Below, piece after piece: positions 1 through 8,578 of a stretch of 20,000 nucleotides of DNA. The notes under the pieces were generated by a model. The model was not told the DNA's origin. It worked only from the letters and a program-made list of their open reading frames with translations, and made no database searches. The position numbers and the translations under genes are program-made. Each line of letters opens with the position of its first letter. The stretch's first letter is position 1. This DNA is from an uncultured virus (IMG/VR IMGVR_UViG_3300020180_001139). Taxonomy: Duplodnaviria; Heunggongvirae; Uroviricota; Caudoviricetes. Where the stretch lies: the IMG/VR virus record IMGVR_UViG_3300020180_001139. One strand, given 5' to 3'.

Positions 1-1
1 A

Positions 2-997
2 GAATCTGAACATAATGAAGCTTTCATGTTGGCCGAATATAACGATCCTTCATTAAAGATTGTCACGCAGGCGTGCGTGCATGCGAGTGAAATTTTAAAA
101 AAAGCTGCCGAAGAAGTAGATTCGGTAGAGCCGGAATTCAGCGACGAAGATATACTTTCTAGAAGAGATCTTGGGTTCCGAATGTTGGATTGGCATGGTG
201 GTCAAGGCGATCCCGTGTATGCGGTTGGCTCATTCTATGTAGACAATAAGGTATATCCTAAGAAGGAAGTTGTTGAGGACGCTCTAGGCAATCTTTCCTC
301 TGACCTTAGTCAGACGGAACGAATGCTAAACGGTGAGAGTGTAATGGTCTCGCGTCAGGGACGACAGGTGGATTTGAGACAGTTCGCTGGATATAGTGAT
401 AAGGAATTGACTGATAATATCGAAGACTTGACAGAGATTACAGAAAGTTTACAGAAGTATTTAGCAAACGATTATCAGTCGGTAATTAATGAAGACAGCA
501 TAGATGAGCTTGGGGCCCTGGCTCAGGCGTTTGATGATTCTGGTGATGAATTTTTAAAGAAACAAGCCTCTGTAATTGATGAAATACTCATGACGATCGC
601 CGCGCCTTCAGGCTTGAAGGCTCAAGCAGCCCGGATTGAGAATTCAAGAATTGAAGAGCTTAAAAAAAAGTACAATCAGACAAATACTGATTTGAAAAGC
701 AAGCTTGGTGATTCCATCGAAGCGGTCAAGAAGAGTCCAATGTACAAGCAGTACAGACCTTTAGAGGCGCCGTTAAAGACGCGATATTGTCCTGATCATG
801 CGGGAGTGATGGCGAGTCGTATTGCCGAAGATACGTACCAATGTGAATTGGATGGAAAGACCTATAATTATGCGGTTGGATTCAAGACGGACAAGGGGAA
901 AATAGTACCGGGAACTTCCGTTGAGAATCAGTCACAGATGGAATTTCCTTCCGGAGAGAACAATTTCGAAACGCGAGAATCAAGACTGAGTAGATAA
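2..997 (+). CDS. Hypothetical phage protein, probably 5'-truncated by the window edge; C-terminal CPDH...CELD zinc-ribbon-like segment
   Basis: The frame is open from position 2 (ESEHNEAF-MLAEY...), so ATG26 may be internal. Acidic and helical, with a WHGGQGDPVYAVGS segment and RYCPDHAG...YQCELDG. TAA stop at 995-997. Confidence 0.75.
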   Translation, partial: ESEHNEAFMLAEYNDPSLKIVTQACVHASEILKKAAEEVDSVEPEFSDEDILSRRDLGFRMLDWHGGQGDPVYAVGSFYVDNKVYPKKEVVEDALGNLSSDLSQTERMLNGESVMVSRQGRQVDLRQFAGYSDKELTDNIEDLTEITESLQKYLANDYQSVINEDSIDELGALAQAFDDSGDEFLKKQASVIDEILMTIAAPSGLKAQAARIENSRIEELKKKYNQTNTDLKSKLGDSIEAVKKSPMYKQYRPLEAPLKTRYCPDHAGVMASRIAEDTYQCELDGKTYNYAVGFKTDKGKIVPGTSVENQSQMEFPSGENNFETRESRLSR

Positions 998-1017
998 TAT
1001 AGTAAAAACAGCAGTCA

Positions 1018-1060
1018 AGATCGGACCGGCGCGCAAACAGGCCCGGTCCGATTTGCATTT
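1018..1060 (+). terminator. Intergenic stem-loop, possible intrinsic terminator or regulatory hairpin
   Basis: Perfect 10-bp inverted repeat ATCGGACCGG (1020-1029) / CCGGTCCGAT (1043-1052) with a 13-nt loop, followed by an imperfect T-rich tail (TTGCATTT). Confidence 0.5.
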
Positions 1061-1069
1061 AAGGCACGT

Positions 1070-1813
1070 ATGAGCAAGGCTTTAGTAAAAAAGATAGTAG
1101 AGCATCCTGAAAAAGAAGAAATAATCAGCCGATTGGTATCTGGAGAGAGTCCGGCTGATATTTCTGCGTCGTTGAAAGATAAATACAAAGATGTTGCGAA
1201 TAATAAGTTTGCACTTTCGACTGATTCATTGAAGACATTTCAGGATAAATATCTTGATGTTTATGTTGTTTTGAGGGACGATATTGCGCTGATTAAGAGC
1301 GGATCCCCGGAAGAACAGCTTACCGGGTCTATTAAGAAAAATAAAAAATATAAAGAGCGACTGTTGGATCTGGCTGGCCAAGAGATTGATATAAAACAAT
1401 CGGTTAGGAACCTAGTTGTGGCGATTGAGGCCCGAGCTGAACAAGTATTTGATTACATGCAAGAAAACCCTGAAAATTTCAAAATAGATAACGTATTGAT
1501 TCAATATTTTAATGTTTTGGCCGCAACATTAGAAAAATGTAATAAACTTGTTAATAATGCTCCAGATCAGGTTATCCAACATAACCATACCGTTCAGGTT
1601 ACGGAACAGCATACATCAGCGATTGTTGATGCGATTAAGGATGTATTGAAAAATATGGACTATGAGCATTCATTATACTTCATGGATCGTTATAAAGAGT
1701 ATTTGGCTGTACTGCAACCTCCGGAAGAGGCTAAGCTAATACCTACAGAGAAACGATTAGCGGAGGCAAAGATCATATCTAATGATTTTGAAAAAAATAT
1801 ACCTAAATTATAA
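1070..1813 (+). CDS. Hypothetical protein, candidate terminase small subunit (N-terminal HTH-like region, central coiled coil, short beta segment)
   Basis: 247-aa ORF. EEIISRLVSGESPADISASL looks like a helix-turn-helix, followed by a helical middle and a QVIQHNHTVQV strand. It lies about 4.4 kb upstream of TerL. The function is inferred from architecture only. Confidence 0.35.
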   Translation: MSKALVKKIVEHPEKEEIISRLVSGESPADISASLKDKYKDVANNKFALSTDSLKTFQDKYLDVYVVLRDDIALIKSGSPEEQLTGSIKKNKKYKERLLDLAGQEIDIKQSVRNLVVAIEARAEQVFDYMQENPENFKIDNVLIQYFNVLAATLEKCNKLVNNAPDQVIQHNHTVQVTEQHTSAIVDAIKDVLKNMDYEHSLYFMDRYKEYLAVLQPPEEAKLIPTEKRLAEAKIISNDFEKNIPKL

Positions 1814-1849
1814 ATTATTGATTCAATCATTAAAATGATATTGCATTGA

Positions 1850-3574
1850 ATGAGCCAAAAGAACGCTTATCCTAATATAGCATTTTCAGTAACACCTGCC
1901 GGATACACTTATGATGTTGAAAAGTGGAAGGTTGCACTGAGGGATATCTATTATCGTATGAGGGTCGGAACGGATCGTTCTGAATCAATCCGAATAGTCA
2001 CGAATGGTTGGCACGAGAAAGAAATTCGTGATTTTATGAAATGGATTAGATTTTACGAAGAAAATAATCATATGAAATATAAAACCGCTAATTATTATGA
2101 AGGTGAAGATTCCACTGGGTACTTTTTACCTTATCAAAAAGAAAAACCTATTATTCCGGATCCAATCGTCACGACTCCCGATCCAACAGCCTTGAAACAA
2201 GAAGCTGAGCGAAATAAAGTAAGTGAAGAAGAAAAACGCATTCAGATAGAAAATCATCGGAGAAAAATTGTCGGAAGGATCCATGCAGCAAGGAAGCTTC
2301 TCACAGATGATAAAGGTAAAATGTTCGCCGGACCGGGTTGGGAAAAACTTCTAGATGCACTTAATGATTTAGAAAAACAGATACATACGGTAAATAAATC
2401 AGCTCGTAATGATTTTTATTGTGATCTTATTCTTCGTCAAGCCAATCGTTTGGAACGTAGCGGGGCCAACACCGCAATTGTTTTGAAGCGAATGGCTCAA
2501 GCTTTGGGACCAGGTTCGATTCCGGATCCTTCCGCTTCCATTCCACAAGGTGGAGGGATGGAAAATAATAATCCTTCGCTCGATCCGAACGATGCTCCGA
2601 AAGATTCAGAAGAGGGGATCAAAAAAGTTCTGGATGCGTTTAATGGTGAATATTTTGATGATTCAGAAGTTGATGATTCAGATGTTGATGATTCAGATGT
2701 AGAAGTGGATGAATCGGATGAGTCAGACGAGTCTGAGATTGAAGTGAATGAGTCCGACGAAACAACCGGGATTGATCCGTTTGATAGATATGCAGGATTG
2801 GTTGTGATGGCGCAAGAGGCCCAAACGACTCCTGTTCAGCCTGCCGGTCCGACTGCTCCGGTCAGCGCCCCAACCAAACAGCCGATTCTTCCACTTAAAG
2901 ATAAAAAGCTTATTCCGGATGATTCAACATCCGAAACTACGAAAGACTTCGATTCACTGATCGGAATGGCATTCTCTAATCTTAAGGTTCAGGACATAAT
3001 AAACCGATTGGATGAATTGAGTCGAATATTTAAGAATCGTGAAATTGCCAAACAACTCAGCATTGTCGACATGATGATGGATAAGTTAGGATTATCTTCA
3101 TTTTTCCCTTCAATGGCAGAAGCTACACGTTCGGCACTTGAGTCAAATCAATATTGTTTGGTTCGTATTGATGAGGTGAAGTCTCGTTTGAGTGGAGCGG
3201 TCGATGCTACCGGAACATCTCTTCACGATATGGGACAAGAGCATTCCATTCGAAATCAGCAAAATATGATTGATTTAACAGGGAAAGACGTTGATAGTAA
3301 AGATCCTCTTTTAAATAAAGTAAAAGAAAATCTTGAAACAGAAGAGGCGAAAGCTAAAATGAAGAAGGAACTGCGTAGACAGCAACAAGAAGAAAATCTT
3401 TTAGAAAATAAGAAAGAAACTCCGGTGGTTGAGAACGTTCAGGAAGATCTGATGAACATGCCAACTCCTGCTCCGGCGCCCAAGACAACCATTCCTGCGT
3501 CCCCAGCTCCGGCACCCAATCCAGCCATTCCACCAGCTCCGGCGACTCCAAAGCCTGACGGGCGGACAGGATGA
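1850..3574 (+). CDS. Hypothetical virion/head-associated protein with acidic and Pro/Ala-rich linkers
   Basis: 574-aa ORF of helical blocks separated by D/E-rich and P/A-rich low-complexity segments. Its stop overlaps the next start (ATGA at 3571-3574). Confidence 0.7.
   Translation: MSQKNAYPNIAFSVTPAGYTYDVEKWKVALRDIYYRMRVGTDRSESIRIVTNGWHEKEIRDFMKWIRFYEENNHMKYKTANYYEGEDSTGYFLPYQKEKPIIPDPIVTTPDPTALKQEAERNKVSEEEKRIQIENHRRKIVGRIHAARKLLTDDKGKMFAGPGWEKLLDALNDLEKQIHTVNKSARNDFYCDLILRQANRLERSGANTAIVLKRMAQALGPGSIPDPSASIPQGGGMENNNPSLDPNDAPKDSEEGIKKVLDAFNGEYFDDSEVDDSDVDDSDVEVDESDESDESEIEVNESDETTGIDPFDRYAGLVVMAQEAQTTPVQPAGPTAPVSAPTKQPILPLKDKKLIPDDSTSETTKDFDSLIGMAFSNLKVQDIINRLDELSRIFKNREIAKQLSIVDMMMDKLGLSSFFPSMAEATRSALESNQYCLVRIDEVKSRLSGAVDATGTSLHDMGQEHSIRNQQNMIDLTGKDVDSKDPLLNKVKENLETEEAKAKMKKELRRQQQEENLLENKKETPVVENVQEDLMNMPTPAPAPKTTIPASPAPAPNPAIPPAPATPKPDGRTG
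2657..2701 (+). repeat. 15-bp coding tandem repeat, 3 copies (DDSEV-DDSDV-DDSDV)
   Basis: gatgattcagaagtt gatgattcagatgtt gatgattcagatgta. Confidence 0.85.
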
Positions 3575-4296
3575 AACTGAAAGATATACTGCTGTCTATT
3601 TGGGAGATTCACGTCAAAAACGGCAACATATCTGAGCCGTATATTTGCGGAGGCATTCCAAGAGACAAATGCATTGCTGATTTCAAATTCTCTTATAAAG
3701 ATCTTGATATCATGACCGGTGATGCCAGCGTAAGATTCCTGGCTGATAATTTTGCCGCGGCTATGTCGGACAGGTTTACCGTCAAGACAATAATTGGCGA
3801 TGATGGTCACGTTTCAGTTAAACTTGGTAATTTTAAAGTTGATTTTTCAACCAATTTTGTTGTACCGCAGATTGAAGAAAAACTATCAAAACTAGGTATC
3901 CAGAACCCAGCTCCTCTACAGAAAGAGATGTTTAGTCGTGATTTTACGTGCAATGCTTTATTGTTACCGCTGAATCTAAAAACTGTCCTCGACCCCACTG
4001 GACACGGATTAAAAGATATTAAGAATAAAATAATCAGGCCATGTTTGGATAGTCATACTACGTTTACTTACAGTGTAAACAGAATTGCAAGAATGTTTTA
4101 CCTTGCCGCGAAGACTGGTTTTGATGTTGATCCGAATATTATTGAATGGGTCAGCAATAATACTGAATACGTTAAAAAGATTAAGCGTAATTACTGGGAT
4201 ACTAAGATCGGTACGGCATTAGAAATGGATCGTTTACGTGTACTTGATCTTTTGAATAAATGTAAATTATCTAATTATTTAGACGGGAGATTATAA
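3571..4296 (+). CDS. Class II nucleotidyltransferase (CCA-adding / poly(A) polymerase family), head and neck region only
   Basis: Motifs YICGGIPRD (GG at 3649), DLD (3700), VDFS, SRDFTCNAL, DPTGHGLKDIKNKIIR, and R-I-A-R...A-A-K-x-G-F. Only 241 aa long. Confidence 0.88.
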   Translation: MKLKDILLSIWEIHVKNGNISEPYICGGIPRDKCIADFKFSYKDLDIMTGDASVRFLADNFAAAMSDRFTVKTIIGDDGHVSVKLGNFKVDFSTNFVVPQIEEKLSKLGIQNPAPLQKEMFSRDFTCNALLLPLNLKTVLDPTGHGLKDIKNKIIRPCLDSHTTFTYSVNRIARMFYLAAKTGFDVDPNIIEWVSNNTEYVKKIKRNYWDTKIGTALEMDRLRVLDLLNKCKLSNYLDGRL

Positions 4297-4508
4297 TGTC
4301 TAAAAAAGATGATGATCAAGCTCACGATCAATCACGTGGATTATTTTACAGTAATTATGATTATATTGATGATGGAAGCGGCGAAGGTCCCGGAACATCC
4401 GTTTATAGACAAATGGATCAAGTAAAATCTGTTGATGAATGGCGTAGGAAAATGCGAGATAGAAGAAAAAAGCGTCTAAAGAAGATGTTTCCAGGTATTT
4501 CCGAGTAA
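4296..4508 (+). CDS. Small hypothetical protein with acidic/aromatic N-half and highly basic C-terminal helix
   Basis: 70 aa, coupled to the upstream gene by a TAATG overlap. C-terminus is WRRKMRDRRKKRLKK. Confidence 0.65.
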   Translation: MSKKDDDQAHDQSRGLFYSNYDYIDDGSGEGPGTSVYRQMDQVKSVDEWRRKMRDRRKKRLKKMFPGISE

Positions 4509-4566
4509 TAATTTGTTTTACGCGGTTAATATTACCCTATATTGATAGAGTTGCTTAGAGGAATAA

Positions 4567-5553
4567 ATGTCATTAATCATTAACGCTCAAGATATTAACA
4601 TGGCTCAGAATCATCCGGAAGATCCGGAAACCGTCCCTCATGTTCATTTGGATGGTGATTTGGTAGTCTACGATGAGCTTCCGGACTATGAGCAGGTATT
4701 GGAAGTTTACCAAGACGATCATGATCAGGAGCCTGAAGAGGGTCATGAAATCGAAATTTATGATGAGCCAGAAGAGCAGCTATCTGTTCAGGAAGAGCCG
4801 GAATCAGAATCAGCTCCGGAAGAAGAAATCCCAGTTGCTTCGTTGACTCTTACTCTTTCTGCGATTCCTGGAGCCGAAGAGGATACGGGAGAGCCGGTTG
4901 AGAAGGTTGAGATTGACGAGCACGATAACAAATCACCATGGGATTACTCTGCATCGGATGATTTTGCAGCGTGGGTAGAAGGTCGCCTTAACGAAGTTCC
5001 GAAACATTCAGGTAAAGCTCCGGCGGGACTTGAACGCGCGATTGCATATTTACAAAAATTCAAATCTGAACTTTCAAGACTCGTTCGTTCTGATTTTGAT
5101 GGAAAGATAGATATCTCGATTGTTGATAAAGTATTTGATGAAATTCATAACGGCATAGAACGTCTGGAAGAGCGTCTTGAACAGGTAAACGAGAAATATA
5201 CTAAAAAGAAGAAAAAGAAAGCTCATGATCAACATTCCTTAATTAAGGAAGGGCAGAAAGCCACACATGTAGGCGGAATAATTGTTACGGTTCCGCTACT
5301 CATCAGTAGACTTGCAAGAATTTGTATAAATGGGCACGTAAGTGCCGGGCATGAAATTGAAGATTTGTATCGCAAACAGGTTAAAAAGTTTGCCCTGTCG
5401 GATCGTGAACAGGCAGAACTGTTACAGCTTCTTTATGATATGAATTATCCATTAAGAATGGATCGTCTTTATGATTTTGAAGAGACGTCAGAAGGAAAAG
5501 TAGACTTGACATCATCTGATAATGGTGATTATGCGGCCAATTATCCAGCATGA
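4567..5553 (+). CDS. Hypothetical protein with very acidic N-terminus and helical C-terminal domains
   Basis: 328-aa ORF with a GAGGA Shine-Dalgarno-like sequence just upstream of the ATG. Confidence 0.75.
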   Translation: MSLIINAQDINMAQNHPEDPETVPHVHLDGDLVVYDELPDYEQVLEVYQDDHDQEPEEGHEIEIYDEPEEQLSVQEEPESESAPEEEIPVASLTLTLSAIPGAEEDTGEPVEKVEIDEHDNKSPWDYSASDDFAAWVEGRLNEVPKHSGKAPAGLERAIAYLQKFKSELSRLVRSDFDGKIDISIVDKVFDEIHNGIERLEERLEQVNEKYTKKKKKKAHDQHSLIKEGQKATHVGGIIVTVPLLISRLARICINGHVSAGHEIEDLYRKQVKKFALSDREQAELLQLLYDMNYPLRMDRLYDFEETSEGKVDLTSSDNGDYAANYPA

Positions 5554-5566
5554 ATTGAGAGATTTA

Positions 5567-6202
5567 ATGAAACATAATCGTTCAGGTGCGGGATTCGCGC
5601 GAGATAATTCCATCAAAAATGATCGTGAACCTGATTGGTTTGCGGAATTTGCGAACCGATTAGAGAAAAATAGCGTCAATTCTCACGAAACCGATCAGGC
5701 TCTTTATAACCAGATCGGTGATATTCTGGGATCACCAAAATCCAAATTTTCAACTGTTGAGGATGCGGTTCGGGACATGCATACCAGAACTGGTCTGGAT
5801 AAATTTCTTAATGCCGAGAAGTCGTTATGTTCGAGAGCGGAAAGTAAAAATGAGCCCGAAGCCATGCAAAATGCAGAAATGATGAATGGTATCAGGGCTA
5901 TTTTACAGAAAGTTAATGGACTGGATCTGTGGCTTCGGAACTTTATACAATCAAGAAAAGGTAGTATCGATACGGCTGCCGTACTGAATGATATTCCGCA
6001 TTCATTTTTAAGAGCTGGACTCAGTACGGCTGATTTGGATTCTGATAATTTGAAAAAATACGTTGATATACTGATTAGTGATGAAAAAAAACAGCATGCG
6101 TCTCAACAGCAAACGCATCCTGATTTTGGAAAAGTAGATATTTCGAACACTGAAGATAATCAAGGAATATTTGAATTTTTAACTCCAGCCAAAACAACGT
6201 AA
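5567..6202 (+). CDS. Hypothetical protein immediately upstream of TerL
   Basis: ORF track gives 5522..6202. The in-frame ATG at 5567 (MKHNRSG..., preceded by GAGAGA) avoids overlap with the previous gene and is the more likely start, giving 211 aa. Confidence 0.7.
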   Translation: MKHNRSGAGFARDNSIKNDREPDWFAEFANRLEKNSVNSHETDQALYNQIGDILGSPKSKFSTVEDAVRDMHTRTGLDKFLNAEKSLCSRAESKNEPEAMQNAEMMNGIRAILQKVNGLDLWLRNFIQSRKGSIDTAAVLNDIPHSFLRAGLSTADLDSDNLKKYVDILISDEKKQHASQQQTHPDFGKVDISNTEDNQGIFEFLTPAKTT

Positions 6203-6234
6203 ACGCTCAGCAGTTATAATGATAAGTAGGTTAT

Positions 6235-8535
6235 TTGTCGACCGAGTTCGAAACATTTAAAAATAAACTTCTAAGTCTTGACCCGGTCTGGTTTTGTGAA
6301 AAGTTTCTAACTCTTGAAGGAAAGCCCTTCAGTCTTAGCGGCAATGGTTACAAACCTTTCGCGGATATTTATCGATACATTGCGATCAAAGCGCTTGAGA
6401 ACGATTCCAAGCCCGTAATCATTGTTAAGGGTCGTCAGGTCGGAGCCACCACCATGGCTTCGGCGCTGGAAATGTATTTCATGGGCTGTGGGCTTTTCGG
6501 AACCGGAGGCAAGCCACCCATTAGGATCATGCATTGCTTTCCTCAATTGGAATTGGCATACGCGTATTCCAAAACAAAGCTTAATCCATTAATATCTAAT
6601 TCTATTATGATCGAGACTGGCAAAAAAACTGCCAAGCCAAAATCATATTTTCAGTCTATTCTTGATCCGACCAGTCCTACGAATGATTCATTAAATTTCA
6701 AACAATTCATTGGTGGAAATCATATCTGGATCGAATCCACCGGAGATACGGCGGACCGGATTCGTGGCCGTTCTGCGGATGTAATGATCTTCGACGAGTG
6801 TTTTCCATATAAACAATGCATCGAAACTATTGATGGTAAAGAACAGATTGGTAAATTGTATGATGATTTTGCTGCTGGAAAGACACTGCCGTTAGTTAAA
6901 ACTTTCAATGAGCAGACTAATGAATTTGAATATAAAAAAATAAATAAAGTATGGTTACGTGGAAAAAGAAAATTATTGCAAATAAAATGCGGGCATATAA
7001 AAATAAAATGTACTCCAGACCACAGGTTTCTAACTGAATCTGGCTGGTTGAGGACTGATCAACTAACAATCGGAACATTACTAAAAACATCAGTCGGAAC
7101 TAATCTTCATCTTAGAGCAGTTGAAAGCATCGTAGCGCTAAAAAAACAAGAAAACGTCTACGATATCGGTGTTCAGGATAATCATAATTTTATTATTTGC
7201 CCTGATATAAAAGTTAAAAGTTTAGGTGGGCCGATCGCACATAATTGCCAGGATTTTTTACCAGCTGCTCTGGGTAACGCGACCAAGATTCTATCTCAGT
7301 CACGTTATGGAAAAAGCGGTGATGGCGTTCAGGTATTTTTCGGTACACCGAAACAACGCGGATCTGAATTTTTTGAGATGTGGAATCAGTCTTCTCAACA
7401 ATATTACCATCTTCATTGTGCCGGATGTGACAAATTCTTCCCGCTCTACACACCCGGATCTGACGAATGGGAAAAAACCTGGATAACCGGATTTACTGTA
7501 AAGTGCCCTTTTTGCGATCATCTTCAGGATAAAAGAAAAGCTGCCGAGTCTGGAAAGTGGGTTCCGCTGAAGGACCCGGCACAATGTAAGTTTGTTGGCT
7601 TTCATATGAGCCAATTATTCATTCCAACATTTCAAAAAGAGAAGATTCTCAGCGAAAAATCGGGCATCCATCCGATCAATACGGAACGCGTTTATATGAA
7701 CGAGGTTTTGGGAGAGTTTTTCAACGGTGAAGTTGGCGTGATGACTCCCGAAGCCATTCGGGCCAAATGTGGAGATCAGAGAAAATTCCGAGGATCGATT
7801 CCACAAGGATCCGAAGAATGTGTCGTCGCGGGGATCGATATCGGCGCGAAGGCCGATATGGAACAGCTATTAGATTCGGATAAAATAAAGAGACAAGGTC
7901 AGAGCTACAGCTGCGTCGTCATCATGACCGTGGGCAGCCAGGGACGATTGAGTATCGAGTACGCATGGAAATTCAAGCGTAACGATTATGCATCCAAAAA
8001 AGAGTTCTTGGATCATATCATGAGAATCTACAGTGTAAATATCGCTGTGTGCGATATCGGATATACGAATGACTTCTCTGAGATCATGCAGAATGAGTAC
8101 GGTGATAGGTTCTTAGTGTCTCAGGCTTCGGCTCGGGTTAATGAGCATATAAAATACAATAAAGAAATTTTTCCCAAGACCATTACGTTTGAGAGAGATT
8201 ATTATGTAGCTGAGCTGTACGATCAGATGAAAAAGGGAAATATAAGATTTCCATATGGTGATTACGACAAGATCGGATGGTTGATTCAGCATTGTTCTAG
8301 TATGGAGATCAAGCCTTCCTTGAGTCGCGCCGGTGAAGTTACGCCGCATTATGTAAAAGGTTCGACTCCAAACGATGGATTTATGGCTCTTTTGAATGCA
8401 TATCTGGCGTACAAATTTTGGCTAACAAAAGGGTTTACTGTAAAGAATCCTTTATTATTTAATGATCAGTTCAGTAAGCAGTCTTCACGTCAACAAGTTC
8501 CGGCGGTTTTAGGTTATTTACCAAAAATGCGCTGA
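6235..8535 (+). CDS. terL: Terminase large subunit, lambda gpA-like, containing an intein
   Basis: Walker A-like IIVKGRQVGATT, RIRGRSAD, Walker B MIFDE|CQD (after splicing), coupling motif FGTP, CAGC/CPFC Zn pair and GFHMSQL typical of gpA-type TerL, RNase H-like nuclease AGIDIG...VCDIG...NDGFMA. TTG start. Confidence 0.93.
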   Translation: MSTEFETFKNKLLSLDPVWFCEKFLTLEGKPFSLSGNGYKPFADIYRYIAIKALENDSKPVIIVKGRQVGATTMASALEMYFMGCGLFGTGGKPPIRIMHCFPQLELAYAYSKTKLNPLISNSIMIETGKKTAKPKSYFQSILDPTSPTNDSLNFKQFIGGNHIWIESTGDTADRIRGRSADVMIFDECFPYKQCIETIDGKEQIGKLYDDFAAGKTLPLVKTFNEQTNEFEYKKINKVWLRGKRKLLQIKCGHIKIKCTPDHRFLTESGWLRTDQLTIGTLLKTSVGTNLHLRAVESIVALKKQENVYDIGVQDNHNFIICPDIKVKSLGGPIAHNCQDFLPAALGNATKILSQSRYGKSGDGVQVFFGTPKQRGSEFFEMWNQSSQQYYHLHCAGCDKFFPLYTPGSDEWEKTWITGFTVKCPFCDHLQDKRKAAESGKWVPLKDPAQCKFVGFHMSQLFIPTFQKEKILSEKSGIHPINTERVYMNEVLGEFFNGEVGVMTPEAIRAKCGDQRKFRGSIPQGSEECVVAGIDIGAKADMEQLLDSDKIKRQGQSYSCVVIMTVGSQGRLSIEYAWKFKRNDYASKKEFLDHIMRIYSVNIAVCDIGYTNDFSEIMQNEYGDRFLVSQASARVNEHIKYNKEIFPKTITFERDYYVAELYDQMKKGNIRFPYGDYDKIGWLIQHCSSMEIKPSLSRAGEVTPHYVKGSTPNDGFMALLNAYLAYKFWLTKGFTVKNPLLFNDQFSKQSSRQQVPAVLGYLPKMR
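6799..7245 (+). mobile_element. Mini-intein (149 aa, no homing endonuclease) in the TerL Walker B motif
   Basis: Begins with Cys (CFPYKQCIETIDG). Block B CTPDHRFLT (TxxH), block F VYDIGVQDNHNF, terminal HN followed by +1 Cys. Removing it restores MIFDECQD. Confidence 0.93.
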
Positions 8536-8578
8536 CGTGACAGCATCGATTCCCGGATAATTAGGGATATCATCAGTC

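Noticed and set aside
7226..7486. + strand 86-aa ORF overlapping TerL
   Set aside because: Alternate frame inside a conserved gene, with no motif or RBS support.
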